Positions 39,251-53,284 of a stretch of 64,000 bases of DNA are shown here, piece after piece. The stretch's first letter is position 1. Every line of letters starts with the position of its first letter. Where the stretch lies: the NCBI GenBank assembly GCA_010405405.1, contig MU004231.1, forward strand, positions 3,770,884-3,834,883, given 5' to 3'. The notes beneath the pieces were generated by a model, which was not told where the DNA came from, made no database searches, and saw nothing but the letters and a program-made list of their open reading frames with translations. Source of the DNA: Microthyrium microscopicum (lineage: Eukaryota). A program made the translations under genes and the position numbers.

Positions 39251-41077
39251 ATGAAGGCATCACTGGCCTTAATCCCCGGCCTGTTGGTTCAATGGGCGTT
39301 GGCAGATGAACCGAAATCGCGGACGGGAAAAAGCTCGACCGGGGTGGATACTTGGTGCGGAAAGGCGTATAAGGCAAAGTACGTTAATCGTCAAAGAGAC
39401 AAGTTCTTTTGCCAGAAACTGGGAGGATACAAGAAACCCGTTTACTAACAAAGCCGCAGTGACCGCGCCTTCGATCCACAAGGCAGATTTCCCGAGCCTC
39501 CTGCAAGGGGCAACGATCAATTAGACCTTCGCATATACCCTCGACACAACATATATCTCAGTAATGATCAATGGGGCGGATTTGTTGTGGATGCCATTAT
39601 AAGTCGAACCCATGGTTCGCACTACTGCAATCAGTTTGGGAACGCACAACTGGATGTTGCAGCAGGAATCCGGGTCAACACTGTTATATTTCGAGCCGAC
39701 ACTGGGCAAACAGTGGTGGAACGGGTTGATGTGCCAATAAACGCCACTGGAGTGGAAGCTCACTTTTCTCTGGCAGATTTTGAACCGCGCATGGAACCTT
39801 ACGAGATCGTATTGCGGACGAATATTTTGCGTTGCGCGCAAACGTATCAAGCAAAAACGCTTTTATATCGATTACCTGCACGATCCGATGCTGGAAATGT
39901 GGTTCGGATAGACAACAAGTACGGAGGAATCGCAGTGTCGAACCCACCCTGGAATAGACCAGCGGAATGGAAACCACTGATGCCAGTCTCGTTCTACGTC
40001 GACTGGGGTTCTTGGCTCGTTGCTGGACCGGAGAGACTGGAATACTACGCAGAACAAGGATACAATGTGATTCATCCAGTGCCTGGCGGTGGAGATCTTC
40101 CCTGGGGGCAAAACTATACTCGATATGACAATTTCATTCAAGCAGCTGAAAAGCTGGGAATGTATGTCATGTATGACATGAGATGGTCATATAAAAATCT
40201 GCCACTAGTGACTGAGCAGATCAAAAGATACTCACAGAGTCCGAGTATAATTAGTTGGTATACTGGCGACGAGCCAGATGGAAATGGAGATCCACTGGAT
40301 GCGACAACGAAATCCTACGACACGATCAAAGCGCTTGATCCATACAAACCAGTATCATTAGTGCTGAATTGCGCCAATTATCATTTTAAGGAATACTCTG
40401 CAGGAGCAGATATCATTTTAACGGATCCATATCCCGTTGCGATCAACGCGACCTTTTCGACAATCTACAACACGCCTTGCAACGAAACCTATGGAGATTG
40501 CGGGTGTGATGGCTGTAGAGGAGATGTCTCTGATGTTAGCAATCGCATTGAAAAGTACAAGTACTATCAACGCAACTTAGGGGGTGAGGCTGGCACCAAG
40601 GTCATATGGGGCGTGCCGCAAGCCTTTGGTGGTAGTGAGTATTGGTCTCGACCGCCAACCCATCAGGAAGAAGGGGTGATGGCCATGCTCTTTCTCAACC
40701 ATGGAGCCAAAGGACTAGTTTCATGGAACTGGCCCACCACTGACGAGATACGGGCATTGACTAGCGGTCTAGCAAAGGCCTTGACGGCCAGGGAAGTGAC
40801 GGACTTTCTACTCTTCTCCGCACCAACACAGCTGACGATCTCGTCAACGTTCGATGCTACGGCTTGGAGGATTGGAAAGCAGATAATGTTCAGCATAATC
40901 CATCTTTCAGGCAAACCGTATACCCGGGACCTCAACATTGGACTAGGAGTCACTCCCGTCGCCATGAAGATGATATGGCCGCCAGATGACCAAAATTGGT
41001 ACATAGGAAACAAGAGCGTGGTGAGAAATGGCATGGGAGCCTACGATGTCAACGTCTTTCTCCTACTGACGGAATGA
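39251..41077 (+). CDS. Secreted glycoside-hydrolase-like (TIM-barrel) protein
   Basis: Signal peptide and TWCGKAY. Intron 39379-39459 puts exon 1 in frame with the 39587 ORF. GYNVIH, SWYTGDEPDG, ADIILTDPYP, VPQAFGG and HGAKG. Confidence 0.8.
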
Positions 41078-42266
41078 AAAAATATTAGTCCGACTTACCT
41101 ATGTATACTTAATTGGGGTTTTCGAAGCAGAACTAATACTTATTTTATGAAGCAAACTCCAGAAAATATGACAGTTGAAAAGCTTAGAAACATGATTTTC
41201 ATTGGCTAATCTGTTTCGCAGGATTTCGCCATTGGTGTCCGCGAAAGGCAAGCAATCAAAGTCTACCTCCAACTAGGTAGACTGACCGAAAGCAGCGGAG
41301 ATGAAAATGCTAGCAATCCGCAAGGCCCACTCGCCCTGGCTCGGCGAGGACCAGTTGAAGCAAGACAAAAGTGCCGCAAAAAGCTGTTTGTGGTACACGT
41401 GGGTATCATGTCTCGTAGTGGCTGCATTGGTAAAGTTGTCCAGATGATGGGTTGTGCAACAAGCGGTCAAGCCCAAATGGAGGGAATTTACAATCTCAAA
41501 GGTAAACTCTTGGGCGGAAGCATGCAGGTAAGCTCCGCGACAGACAAAAATGCCGCACTAGAGACTAGACAGCTGCGGGTTCAACGGGATAGCAGCGTTG
41601 GCATGCGGGACAGCTCCCCAAAACTCTGCAAGCTCAGCAGGCACAGCAGGCACAGCAGCAGGACTAGAACTGGAAACTCACGATATCGGATAGAGCAAAG
41701 AGGCGGTGGAAGGTGGGGTGAGTTGTGTTGTGTTGAAAAAGAAAGAGTACTTGGGTGTTTGGGTGTTTTGGTGTGCGTATAAAGAGGTGACCGTCTATCG
41801 TCGTCTGGCCATGTTTGGTGTTGAGTTTTGTCCAACAACGTCTGGTCCCATCAATGATCGAAGCTTCCTCAACAAGTTCCAAATTCTAGACCATCCAGAT
41901 TGTCCAGAAGCTCTTTCCAAAGCTGATCCTTGTTTTCCATCGCGGCTTCCGTTTTTAAGTTTTTTAACTTTTATCACCGCCATCCCGTCGCTCCTGCCCA
42001 ATCACTGCCACACTACCCGTCGCTCCTGCCCCACCTTTCATCCCACCATCACTGGTCCCACCTTCCATTGACGTAGACGTCACAATTTTCTCTCCTCTCC
42101 AGTCCCATACCCTATCAGATTGATCAGACATCCACTCTTCAGTCTCTATATTCATCTATATTCTGAGAATTTCATATTCTCTCCCTTCTACGTATTTGGA
42201 GTGTTATCGCTATAGTCCATCATTATACCTGTTACACCCATTTCTACACAGATACATTGCGTCAAA

Positions 42267-43071
42267 ATGCCTGGCCAGGTAAGCTCACTCCAGTACTCTT
42301 CTTATCTTTCACATAAATCAAAACTAATTGACAAAACTATAGACCACCACCATCCTCTTTGACTGTGACAACACACTCGTCCTGTCTGAAGAGCTTGCCT
42401 TTGAAGCATGTGCTGAACTTGCCAACGAGATCTTGGAGAAGCAAGGAATTGAGGATCGATACACTGGCCCCAGTCTCCTCAAGGACTTTGTCGGCCAAAA
42501 CTTCCGCGGCATGATCCTCAACCTCTGCAAAAAGTACAACTTTACCATATCCCCAGAGGACCTCGAGTCTTACGTCGACCGTGAGCTCGGAAAAGTCATC
42601 GAGACCCTCGAGAAGAAGGCCCAACCCTGCCCTGGTGTCATGGAGGAGCTCGATGGCCTCCAAGAGATGAAAAAGTACAAGCTTGCCGTCGTCAGCTCTT
42701 CGGCCCTCAGCCGTGTCCAAGCATCCATCAAGAAGGTCGGCATGGAAAAGTACTTCCGTTCCGACTGGGTCTACAGCGCTGCTACCTCTCTACCCAAGCC
42801 AACCTCCAAGCCCGACCCAGCCGTCTACATATATGCTATGGAACAAATCGGCGTCAAGCCAGAAGAGTGTGTTGCTGTTGAGGACTCTCGCAGCGGAGCC
42901 ACTGCTGCCATGCGGGCCAAGATCCCACTCATTGGGTACATTGGACCATATGACGAGGAGGAGCGCAAGAAGATGATCCCAATTCTCCGCGACGAGTGCG
43001 GTGCCAAGTACATCATGAAGCACTGGTCCGAATTCCCAGAGGCTCTCAAGGCCGTTGCTGCCTCGTTGTAA
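42267..43071 (+). CDS. HAD-superfamily hydrolase (subfamily IA, CbbY/beta-PGM-like)
   Basis: Short exon MPGQ, intron 42279-42342, then ILFDCDNTL (motif I), VVSSS, KPDPAVY and VEDSRSG. Strongly biased codon usage. Confidence 0.92.
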
Positions 43072-46000
43072 GTTTCATCACAACGCTGCTGATTTGATTA
43101 CGTGGTCCAACCTATGGGGGACTATATCATGTCATCGCTTGGATAGATGTTGTAAACATCACAACACCATTTTTATAAAAGTCAAGGATTCAGAGTAGAA
43201 CCCACAATAGAATATTTCATGGCTAATGCTTCGTTTACTCTCAAGGGAACTAGGCGAAGAGCTTGAACAAGTTTTGAAACGAATCCATCCTGGCCTGTAC
43301 AAGCTATAGATACGAAAGCGATTCTGATACACATTAGTAGAGCACGAAAGCAGGAAGAGCATGATTCTTCCTTCTCGGTCAGAAAACCCGCGGAATCGCA
43401 AGGCCCATTCACAAGCTCATCACGCGTGATAGTACCGTGTGCTCTAGGTCTATCGCAGCTAGCGACAGATCCTTTGTCTCAATTCTTCTTTTATTTGTGG
43501 TTATTTCCGCCTTGATACGGGGCAACTCTTCCCACTTATTACCTCAGATCTAACCACACCATTCATAGCGCGAAGATAGTGATACAGACGCATCCAAACA
43601 GAGGAAATTCCCCGCTCGCCGTTAATCGCGTAGCGTTTCCCCTCATTAAACTCGGGATGGTTGAGTCAGTCAGGTACAGAAGTTTCCAAGAAGAACACCA
43701 CACGAAGAGATCCACGTGCTACAACAGCGTACTTCCTTGCCAACCCATCGGTGACCCCACTGTATTGTTGCTCACTGTGTGGAATGCGACAATCCCAGTG
43801 GCGATTAGCGCCGAATCAATAGGTGATCTTGGTAAGCGAACCTACTCAGGCTCGAAGGGTGGATATAGTCGTTGCATTCGAATCTAACAATGGACTGAGA
43901 TAGCTTGTCTGTATGATCATGGTTTATATAGCGCAAATGGCGCACAATGGGCTCGTGGCATAGAAGCACAGGCAGGTGAAACCAGAGGTGGTCAATTGTT
44001 CTGCAGCTTGGCGGCCTGCATGTATCCCGGAAAAATGTGCCTGGTGATAGATAGCACGCGGTGCCGATCATGCGTGATAGACTCCGCGCCTCGGATTCCT
44101 AGTCTACTCGTAGAGGCAGCTGGAGGGATGATTCGCGGATGGTAAAGATCCGAGGGCGAGAGGGTTGACAATTATAGACAAGAGCGTATTTAATCTTGAG
44201 GCTCTAGTGGCTAATGATATTAGATTTCGCCATGGTCCTTTTGGTGCTCAGGGCGCACACGACGGGGTCTGTCTATCCGCGAGCCAAGTAGGGACGAAAA
44301 TGCCGAAATCGGACCACTATACAGAACGAGTGAGAATGATACAACCAAGAGATTCGAAAGTAGATGATATCTGTTCTTAGAGCGGTTGCTATAGAGTGCC
44401 CAACGGCTGTCAACAACCATCAAGCCATGCAGACGCCACATCCGGGGAGTGTGCAAGGCTGCACATTGTGGATGTAGCCAATTGTCTACATTCGGAAATT
44501 ATCAATGCCCAACACGTTTTCACGAAACTTACTTTTTGACAGGCTTAAAAAGCCCGCATACAGCCGAGTGGTCGCGGCACTAAACAAATCCAGAGTTTTG
44601 GCAACGTCCCTTTGCTAATCATTCCAGTGCTATAATATCCTATATTAATTTTTAGACAATGCCTTCTTCCTTCGAAACGTGCCTGCGCTTGGAATACCTA
44701 GAAGGACAGGAGTAGCACTAGGATTATGCTGCAGGTACCTGAATCTCGAGATGGACAGGGAATGATTTTGGAGGGATCATAGTCAGTCATGCGGAGAATC
44801 CCCATGTCACCATGTTTTTCCAACAGCGAGGGGCTGGTAACATCATCGGGAGGAAGCTGAATTACAGGGAATTGTGAGTCTCTCAGCATCTTTGTGGGCA
44901 ACATGATGCTTCACGCTGTACAATTCCACGGCATTTGCTGGTGGTAAGCGAAGTGCTTTTATCAAGAGCGCTATGCGAGTGTCTGTGTCGGTTTGCTACT
45001 GCAGAAGTAACATACACTAGGTAGTTTTAGCAAAACACTACCATTGATAAACGGCACGGGAGTTAGAGTCTGTAAATAGATTTGAGAGTTGTTGGTAATC
45101 AGCGAATGGCGTGGGAAACGTTGATCGAGTTGAATACATGAGAATGAATGTAATGGTGGTTGAAGACTGAAGTTGTGCAAACGAACTAGTCTAAAAAGAC
45201 ACTAGCGTGAAACGACTCGAGTGTTTAAATCTGCAACCACATGTCTGTCTCTCGTTGTGCAACCCCAATCCATCAAAGATCTCAAGCTCGAAGCTGTCAT
45301 GGCTGATTCCATCATCATTCTATCCACTTCACGGATCATTGATCTTCTTCCTTCTCACATCTTGATCTGCTTCATCTTGTCTCATGCGTTATCTACCACA
45401 AGCGCTCAAGATCGCCCAACCTGATCCTTCCAAGTACCTAACCAAGCCATGATGTGACAGGAGTTGGCTTGTCTCAATGTTCCAGTATGAGATTAAATAA
45501 AATCGATATTGCAACAATGAGAATTGAGGCTCAAGGTTGGCACCTGCGCTGTTCCGTGGAGCTGGCTGACGACCATTGAAAATCCCAAACTTTGATTAGT
45601 GGATGGGCCTAGTAAGACATGAACCCTACGACTTGTTCTTGGACTTCCTACTATAGGGAATTGTACAGGAATGACCAGTGCTATCACCTCGTCTATCATG
45701 ATATCTCTACATGGACCGCTGTGAAGTCCAATTCCACTATGGTCTTATTGCTCGGAGGTCAAAATTTGGCATCCTCCTCAATGCCTGTATGACTTTTGCC
45801 ACCATCAAACGTGGCTTTGGTACTGGACCATGTGTGCAAAGGCAGCCAATCGTCCAAACACCTTCGATCCGTATCAGCACATTTCCGTAGTCCGCTATGC
45901 GAGACATGCCTTAGGCCGACTAGACGATCATTACCTGAGTCAAGTTGGCTTCATACCCGAACCACGCTTAGTCTGACTCAATGCACCCCAAAGCGTTAAA

Positions 46001-47042
46001 CTACTCCACAATGCGTGTAAACACCTAGTTTATCTCTACTTCTCTCGGTCTCAGTCTGGGCGTTTGGCCTGACAAATATGACAGGACCTCAATAAACCGC
46101 TTGCCCGGGTCAAAGACACTACCTGTACCTGGAAACCGCTTGGCACTACTTGTGGCACTATAGAGCATCTATAAACGTCTTGTACTAGCGACAAAACATT
46201 TCCGATGGAAAAATGGGCTGGAAAGCTGCGTTTATTTGTCGACTAATATGTGCTTTTTCTATTTCTTGATTGAACTCAGCTAATACCATCGGTTATAGAA
46301 CGATAATTGCCTATATTGGTCGACATAAACCAATCGCTGGCTATCGGCTGGGCTAGTTATATTAAATTTATATCGAGCTAGGTATCTCATTTGTACCTGT
46401 ACTGGATCTACTGGGGGCGATAATTCAGGCCTGTTCGACAAGGCTACCTTGACCATGCCGTAGAACTTGAAAGGCGTACGAACTACTGCAATATACTGAC
46501 TCTACGAACATCAAGTCTGCACATGGCTAGTGCCAACGTATGCCAATGTTGAGTGCACACGCTTGATCCCGTCCGTCTCGCATTTCCGAGCAGCACGCAA
46601 CCCGTCTCCCACGTCAGCCTTCCTCACATATCCGGCTCGTGCATATACCTGAGACGCAGATCAAGGAACATGAACGTTCTGCTCTGGATGTTCCTTGTCT
46701 AGTGCTCGGCAGGAACAGGATTCATACTCTCTATTTGCTCTACGTTGTTTATGTTAGTTCGATTATCTGAACATGTTGATTCGCCCACTTGCAAAATAAT
46801 TGGTATAAACACTGGGGAGACATGGTATTACAGCTGCCCTAGTCTGTCAGGTTGGTGTATTGACACTAGCGCCACATCCGCAGTACTGGAACGGTCCTCT
46901 GAATTGATATTATAATCACTCACGGTGGCACTTAGAATTCGTCCTTTCAGATTTGCGATTGATACTTCAAGATCTCAATTCTGGCCCTCCAGATTGACCT
47001 CTCAACAAGAGTCCTACCCGATCCATAGCATACATCTGCAAC

Positions 47043-48917
47043 ATGGACAAGTATAGCGGCAATAGTCCGTATGGCAATCGGCCACTGAACAGCAAGTTGG
47101 ATGAGGAGAAGACGCCATATGTGGAAGTCGATGGGTCGTCGCCAGACAGATCACCGTCCAGAGGGACTTTTATTCGAACGCAAATCAACGAGAGGAAACT
47201 GATATGGAAGATTGACTTGAGCATCCTACCTATCTTGTTCGCCGCCTACTTCCTTCAATTCCTGGACAAGGTTATATACAATGTATGCACATCGTTGTTA
47301 CGCCTTGCTCTACCCTTTGCTAACTGGCGACAGTATTCCAATGTCATGGGCATTCAGAAAGACTTGAAGCTCAAGCCCAACGACTTTACTTGGGGTGTGT
47401 ACATAAATTTGCCTTTTGTTTATATCTACCTGTTCGGTGACTGACACGTTTCGCAGGAGCGACGGCCTTCTTTATCGGCTACGCCTTCGCTGAAATTCCG
47501 CAAGGTACCATTCTCGTCCTCCCATTACTCAGCAATACTGACTATTATAGGCTTTCTTTTGCAGCGTTACAATGTCTCCAAAGTGCTTGGAGGCAATATA
47601 TTCTTTTGGGGAATAGTCACCGCATGCACCGCTGCAGTACAAAATGGCACCCAACTCATTGCTTTACGAACACTGCTAGGCTGCTGCGAAGCTGTCATAA
47701 CACCGGCACTCATTATGCTCACATCTGCATGGTATCAGAAAGATGAATCCGCACCAAGATTCGGATTCTGGTACTGCGGTCTCGGCGCTGGTCAAATTAT
47801 TGGAGGTCTCATCTCGTACGGGGCCCAAATCCACGCAAAAGCCAGTTCATTCCAAGGCTGGCGCATCATGTTTATCTGCATCGGATTTATCAATGTCCTT
47901 GTTGCAATGACAATCTGGGTCTGGCTCCCTGCCACACCGGAAGAAGCGTCATTTTTGAGCCACGACGAGAAAGAAGTGATTGCTCAACGCTTGCACGAGG
48001 ATCACTCTGGACTCGGAGCCAAGAAACTACGGCCTCGTTCTATTATGGAGACTTTCCTTGATCTTCAAACGTGGCTTCTTTGCCTTCTAACTATCCTTAA
48101 CGTCATTCCAAGTGGAGTCATTACAACGTATTCTGCTATTCTCATCAAAAACTTTGGCTACACCGCGCCACAGGCGGCACTACTAAATATGCCCTCTGGC
48201 GTTGTTTCAATCATTTGCCTGATGGGCTCCACCTGGATCATCACCAAAGGATATCAACGATGGGCCGCAATCATTGGCGCACTATGCGTTACACTTCTTG
48301 GCGCATGTCTAATGTCATTTGCTCCAAAAACCAACCACGCCGCGCTTCTTGCCGGAATCTACCTCGTCAATGCGGTAAGTTGACAGCTTCCCTGCTATAT
48401 GAAACGAAACAACAAAAACTGACCCTTCACGCCATAGGCTGTTGCTCCCTACGCATTAATCCTTGCAACCGCCGGAGCCAACTATCGGGGCTACACACGA
48501 AAGGTATGTTTCTATTCTCATCCCCACCCTTAACACACTCCATAAGACTAGAACACGCATGAACCCCTCTCAATACACCACTCGCATCACCATCAAGCCC
48601 CCAATGAACGTCACTAACACACTTCATAGGTCGCCGGTGGGTCCATCATCGCCGCCGCCTTTTCGATCGCCAACATTATCGGCCCACAGACGTTCCAAGC
48701 AAAAGACGCACCAAACTACTACCCCGCAAAAGTCGCCCTCGTCAGCACCACCGCTGCCGCGATCGTCGTTGCGATCCTGCTCCGTTTCCTGTATGGTTAC
48801 CGAAACCACCGCGCAGACCAGCTAGGCGAGCCAGCGATGAGCCACGTCGAGGCCAAAGCAGTTCGTGGGCGCACCAGTGTCGACTTTGCCGATCCAGACT
48901 ATCGCTATGCGTACTAG
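47043..48917 (+). CDS. MFS transporter, Dal5/allantoate permease (ACS) family
   Basis: WKIDLSILP, LQFLDK, AEIPQG, LRTLLGCCEA and NIIGPQTFQAKDAPNY. Introns 47283-47333, 47395-47456, 47505-47550, 48375-48437 and 48504-48629. Confidence 0.92.
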
Positions 48918-50110
48918 TTGGATCAAAGAGGAGATGTGGTTAGTTGTTTCACGAACGAGTCTAGCGCGCTATGCGACCGCTTGCCGTACTTATGATAAAT
49001 ACACGGCCTTGAGGTCGGGCACTCTGTCGTTAATATCGATAGCTGGAAATAAGCGGGCTATTTTGTCAGCGAACGGGTCGATGGTACTTGAGCTTTGTCA
49101 TCAAGCCACCAGACGCGGAGCTGGGGCGTTTTCTCACCTTTGTCAAGTGTGTTTTGTCTATTCTTCCAGTCAGTCTCTTGGAGAGGTACCTATTTATGGA
49201 TTGGCTATGGCCATCTTATAGGGTTCAGGTGGAGATGCTGCTGACTCATTCGCTATAAGGTCTATTGAAAGGCCGCATGATATCGCACATGTTCTTGGTA
49301 CCTAATACGCACTAGGTAGCCGCAATTAGTTTGTTATGTATAAGATTACTTTTAAGATTTAAAGCCGAAATGTAAAGTTGACTTGAATAAGTCGGCCCTT
49401 TTAAGAAATTTGAACAAACATAATCTGTTGATATCATAGGATGAGATCAAAGCATTTCTCCGCATGGTCTTCGACCACTTTAGAGAACAACCGTACAAAA
49501 CCTGAGCCACGCTTGACATGGATTTCTATGACTATTACTGACATTGTTCCAGCTCTTTCCATATATTTGGGGCTCATAATTTGGGCAGAAACAGACTGCT
49601 CACATCCTCGAGCAAGGCTCACAATGTCATCTCACTTCCAGGGTTGTAGATAGAGTATTCCACGATGGCAAGCATGCTTGGTTTCTAAACCTCCGACGTG
49701 CTGACAAGCAGATTTTGAGAAATTACCATGACGAGATGAAGAGTGAACTGAAAGCTGAAGTCTCAGATGTTTAGCTGCGCTAGGTAGTTTCTCTATGAAC
49801 GATCAAAGCAAGTTTTGCTCTTCCACGCCTAATCTGGGAAAACTGCAAATGTTGTATTTGTTCCATGCTTCAGATGTGCTGTTGCTACCATGTATGATGT
49901 ACAAAACTATCCACAAAAGGTCCTCATCCTCGATGTAATCGTCTATATCCAGTGAATGTGGGGACCTCTACCTCATATGATCCCAATATCTCCACTCTCG
50001 CCTATGCTCACGGCCTCGAGACAAGTGAGACCATTGTCATTACAAAACAAAGACAACGCAACAAGCATTCATGTATAAAACATCTCGATTCTTCTATCTT
50101 CAAACCCAAT

Positions 50111-51037
50111 CTAATGCAGCTTCATATACTTCAACTTAGCCGGCGCAACCGGTGCTGGTGTCGCGCGCGCACACTGGTTGTTCCTTAGACTCGACACTGC
50201 GGCATTCGCTGTCAACGCGCCAGGCGTCGGATTCTGCGCCAAAAAGAAGTTTCCTGCCAACGGCCTTGTATTGACCCTCGATGCCCGCAAAAATTGCGCA
50301 ATGTCGAATCCCACGCGGCCCGTCCGATCTGGCGTGGCACCCGGTTGCGCTACAATGTTCTGAAAGCATGCTGGCACGCTGAAGTTTGCAGGTTGCGCAA
50401 ACAGCACTTGCACGTAGCGATGTGGTGGGCCAGGTGGTGGTGCAGGTCCAAAGTAGACGGCTTGCGCGCGGGTGCCGAGGGCACCAGGGGCGAGGTTGTT
50501 TGGGTTCGCGGCGGGTGGTGGAGGAAGCGGTGGGAGTTGACGTTTGCGGAAGTCATTGAGAACAGCTGAGGTTGGGTTGTAGGTGGCGCCTGGAGAGACT
50601 TTGAGGAGGACGGAGGATGTGTTGGTGCCGGTCAGGACTAGAGAGTTGCCTTCGGGGATGAGATCAGGCTGGAACCAGTGCAGGACTGTGGTCGCAACAT
50701 TGTCGCGGACAACGTCAATGTCGATCATGAAGATCATAAATTTGGAGTTCGTGGCGAGTTTGCCGTCTGCGCTGACAAGAGTGGACTGGGGGATCATGAG
50801 GGATGGGACCGTGGAGACGACTGTGTGGGATTAGTCTTGTGGATTAGTTGATGAAGGAAATGGGAAGCGCGTACGATCGAGACTTTGGACATCAGTTCCT
50901 GGTGGGTTGATGTCGATTTTTGGATATATTACGCCCAGTTTCACCAAGGTCCCGGGAGTGAAATCATTCGGAGTCTGTCCAACAACACTGCAGATCAGAC
51001 CAGCTGCTACTGCGATGCTTCGTAGTAACGAAGGCAT
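50111..51037 (-). CDS. Secreted PEBP (phosphatidylethanolamine-binding protein)-like protein
   Basis: Signal peptide then QTP. Intron 50821-50874. MIDID, LHWFQ and YFGPAPPPGPPHRYVQVLFAQP. Confidence 0.85.
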
Positions 51038-51574
51038 TTTCTGTTGTGATGTGTAGTCTTCCTTTCGCCGGCAAAAGTGGCTCCACGGATCCCTCGAGTG
51101 TTAAAAGACGCTACCGAATCAATCAGTTGATCATCACCAAGAAAAAGAGAAAAGGTGGCTGCAGCCGTTGGGTGCATGAGGAATATAGGACATGTCGGCG
51201 GTGCATCGGAAGTTTTTGGTGCTTGAGAACCGGCAACATGAAACCTGCGACGAGACGAGTTTTGTAGAAGCCTTTCCCACAACACCATTGAAGACGCCTC
51301 ATTTATTCAAAGAAACGAAACATATTTCTTGTGATCTCGGAAAACCTCGATCCTATCTCGATTGTTTTTAAGCCAGTTGATTGTAGTCGCTTCAGCCCCT
51401 TGTCCAACAGGCGAAGATGGAAGATTTGGAAAAGCGAACACGTTCGAGAAGACACTGCCTGCTCAAGATGAAGAAATGGCCCTAAAGTCAGCAACTTGAA
51501 AAACCAGGTGTCACGTGTAGATAGAAATTTCATGAGAGTTGCTCACTTCCTGTTGGTTTAACAGGTGAAGATGT

Positions 51575-53069
51575 TTATAATGGAGCATTAAAAACGAGGG
51601 ATACCGAACTGGCTGAGGTTAGCGGAACGTTCTCTATAAGTTTTCAAGGAGCAAACTTACTCATCTCCTGCGGTAACTATACGGCCGGTGTCGCTACTTT
51701 GCACAAATCCTAGCACACCACCTTCTTCTCCGCCGCCTCGATGACCTTTGAGCTCTTGGATAAGACCTTTTGCCGCCGCGGCCGTACCACCACGACAATC
51801 CCATCTTCTCACAATCCCATCATTCCCGGCACTAGTTAAGATCCAGCTGTTTGTAACTCTAGCACCGGAACCATGAACAAATTCAACCTTGATAACAGCT
51901 TCTTCCTCGTGGGCTGCTTCGATTCTCCGCCGGAGGGCATATCTGTGCGCCACATCGAAGAGAACAATGCTTCCATCCACGCTTCCAGCCGCAAGTAGCG
52001 TGGTAGGTGGGTCCGAAAATGAAAGTGTTTCGACCGAGTCTGTCTGTGCCTGCAAGCTGGCCAGTATCTGGCCTGCCTGACTGCCCGATGCTTGACTTCC
52101 TCCTTTTCCCTTGGCCAATTTCGGCAGACCAACCACTCTTATCATGCCTTGCGCTCCACCAACAGCCGCAAGAGTACCACCAGGTGATATAGCAATGCTA
52201 TAGAGACCTCCTTCAACCTTGAAGCGTTCGTCCTCTGGAGTCAAGGTCACCAAGGCTTGACCACCATTGGGCGCAGTGGTGCCAGCTGCTGCTGCTTCGC
52301 CCCATGGATCCCAGACGTAGAAGCTCCCATCTTCTGATATGGTAGACAGAAGGTTTCCGTCAGACGTCCAGGCGCCAGCTGTACATGGTCCAGAGTGGAG
52401 ATAGTAAGCTTGAACAGGACTTAGTGGCGCATCTTGAGATTCGCCGATTTCATATACCCAGACACTACCATCAGAAGCACCTAGTGCGATGGAGTTTGGA
52501 TGTGCTGGTGATGGACAAGATTCGACCCAGTTAATCTCCTCGACTTCTTTTGCGTTTGCCACGTTTTTCCAGACCAGTTTTGATCCCTCTGTATCTTTCC
52601 AGACGAGTACCTGACCATCCAATCCAGCAGTGACCAAATATTCTCCTCTTGGTAAGGTGAACGTTAGAGCATTGACTGAATCAGTGTGGCCTTCTAGTCT
52701 GGCAACAATATCCAAGCTCTTCCGCTCCACAGGTTGGGGGTTTGATTGATAGCTTGAAGGAAGTACTGGAGAAGGCTCAGGGGTTGAATCAAAGATGTAG
52801 GCTAGATCATCACCGCCTCCGGTTGCGACGATGCTAGGATCGGTTGGATGTTGACTAATGCAAAATATGCTGTCGTTATGGGCGTCGAAATGGGCAGAGC
52901 TGTCATTTTGCAAGGCGATGGCTTCCTCTATCCCATCATCATCTTCGTCGTCCATTGGTACATCTCCGTCCACATCAATAACTTCGTCAGCCTCCATGGG
53001 ATCGAGCATGGCGGGTTCTCGGTCATCCTCGTCATCATCATGGTGGTTGTTGGGATTTTGAGAAGACAT
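51575..53069 (-). CDS. SQT1: WD40-repeat ribosome assembly chaperone Sqt1 (AAMP-like)
   Basis: Acidic N-terminus, NDSSAHFDAHNDSIF, ATGGGDD, GHTDSVN and HSGPCTAG. Last intron 51609-51660 gives ...TAGDDSVSLVFNAPL*. Confidence 0.9.
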
Positions 53070-53225
53070 TTTGAAATGAAGAAGCGTGGGAAGAAGCGTT
53101 ACGAGCAAGAGTATAGTGTTATGCGAATGAGTCAAGGCCAATCATTTTATAACTGGTGTGTCTGGCGACGCTTATAAATCCGAGGGTGAAATTATTTGGA
53201 GTTGCTCCGGGTCTGAAATGTTCTG

Positions 53226-53284
53226 TGATAATCCATACCTAGATAGGATAAGATAAGATCTTCCTAGCCCTGTCCTTATCAGAT
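53226..53284. promoter_or_regulatory. Cluster of GATA sites including ATCTGATAA in the divergent intergenic region
   Basis: TGATAA 53226, AGATAG 53241, GATAAG 53247, AGATAA 53251, and TTATCAGAT 53276-53284 (reverse complement ATCTGATAA). Confidence 0.4.

Noticed and set aside
43068..43146. GTAAGT overlapping the HAD stop codon, as a possible alternative C-terminus or cryptic peroxisomal signal
   Set aside because: Splicing to the next AG gives no PTS1-like ending, and the branch-to-acceptor spacing is poor.
43500..46900. Long intergenic region with scattered 60-100 aa ORFs
   Set aside because: I could not build a consistent exon chain or recognise any motif.
53070..53141. Hydrophobic in-frame extension upstream of SQT1 that resembles a signal peptide
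   Set aside because: It starts at a non-ATG codon and Sqt1 is a cytosolic chaperone; the ATG at 53069 has good context (AAAATG).
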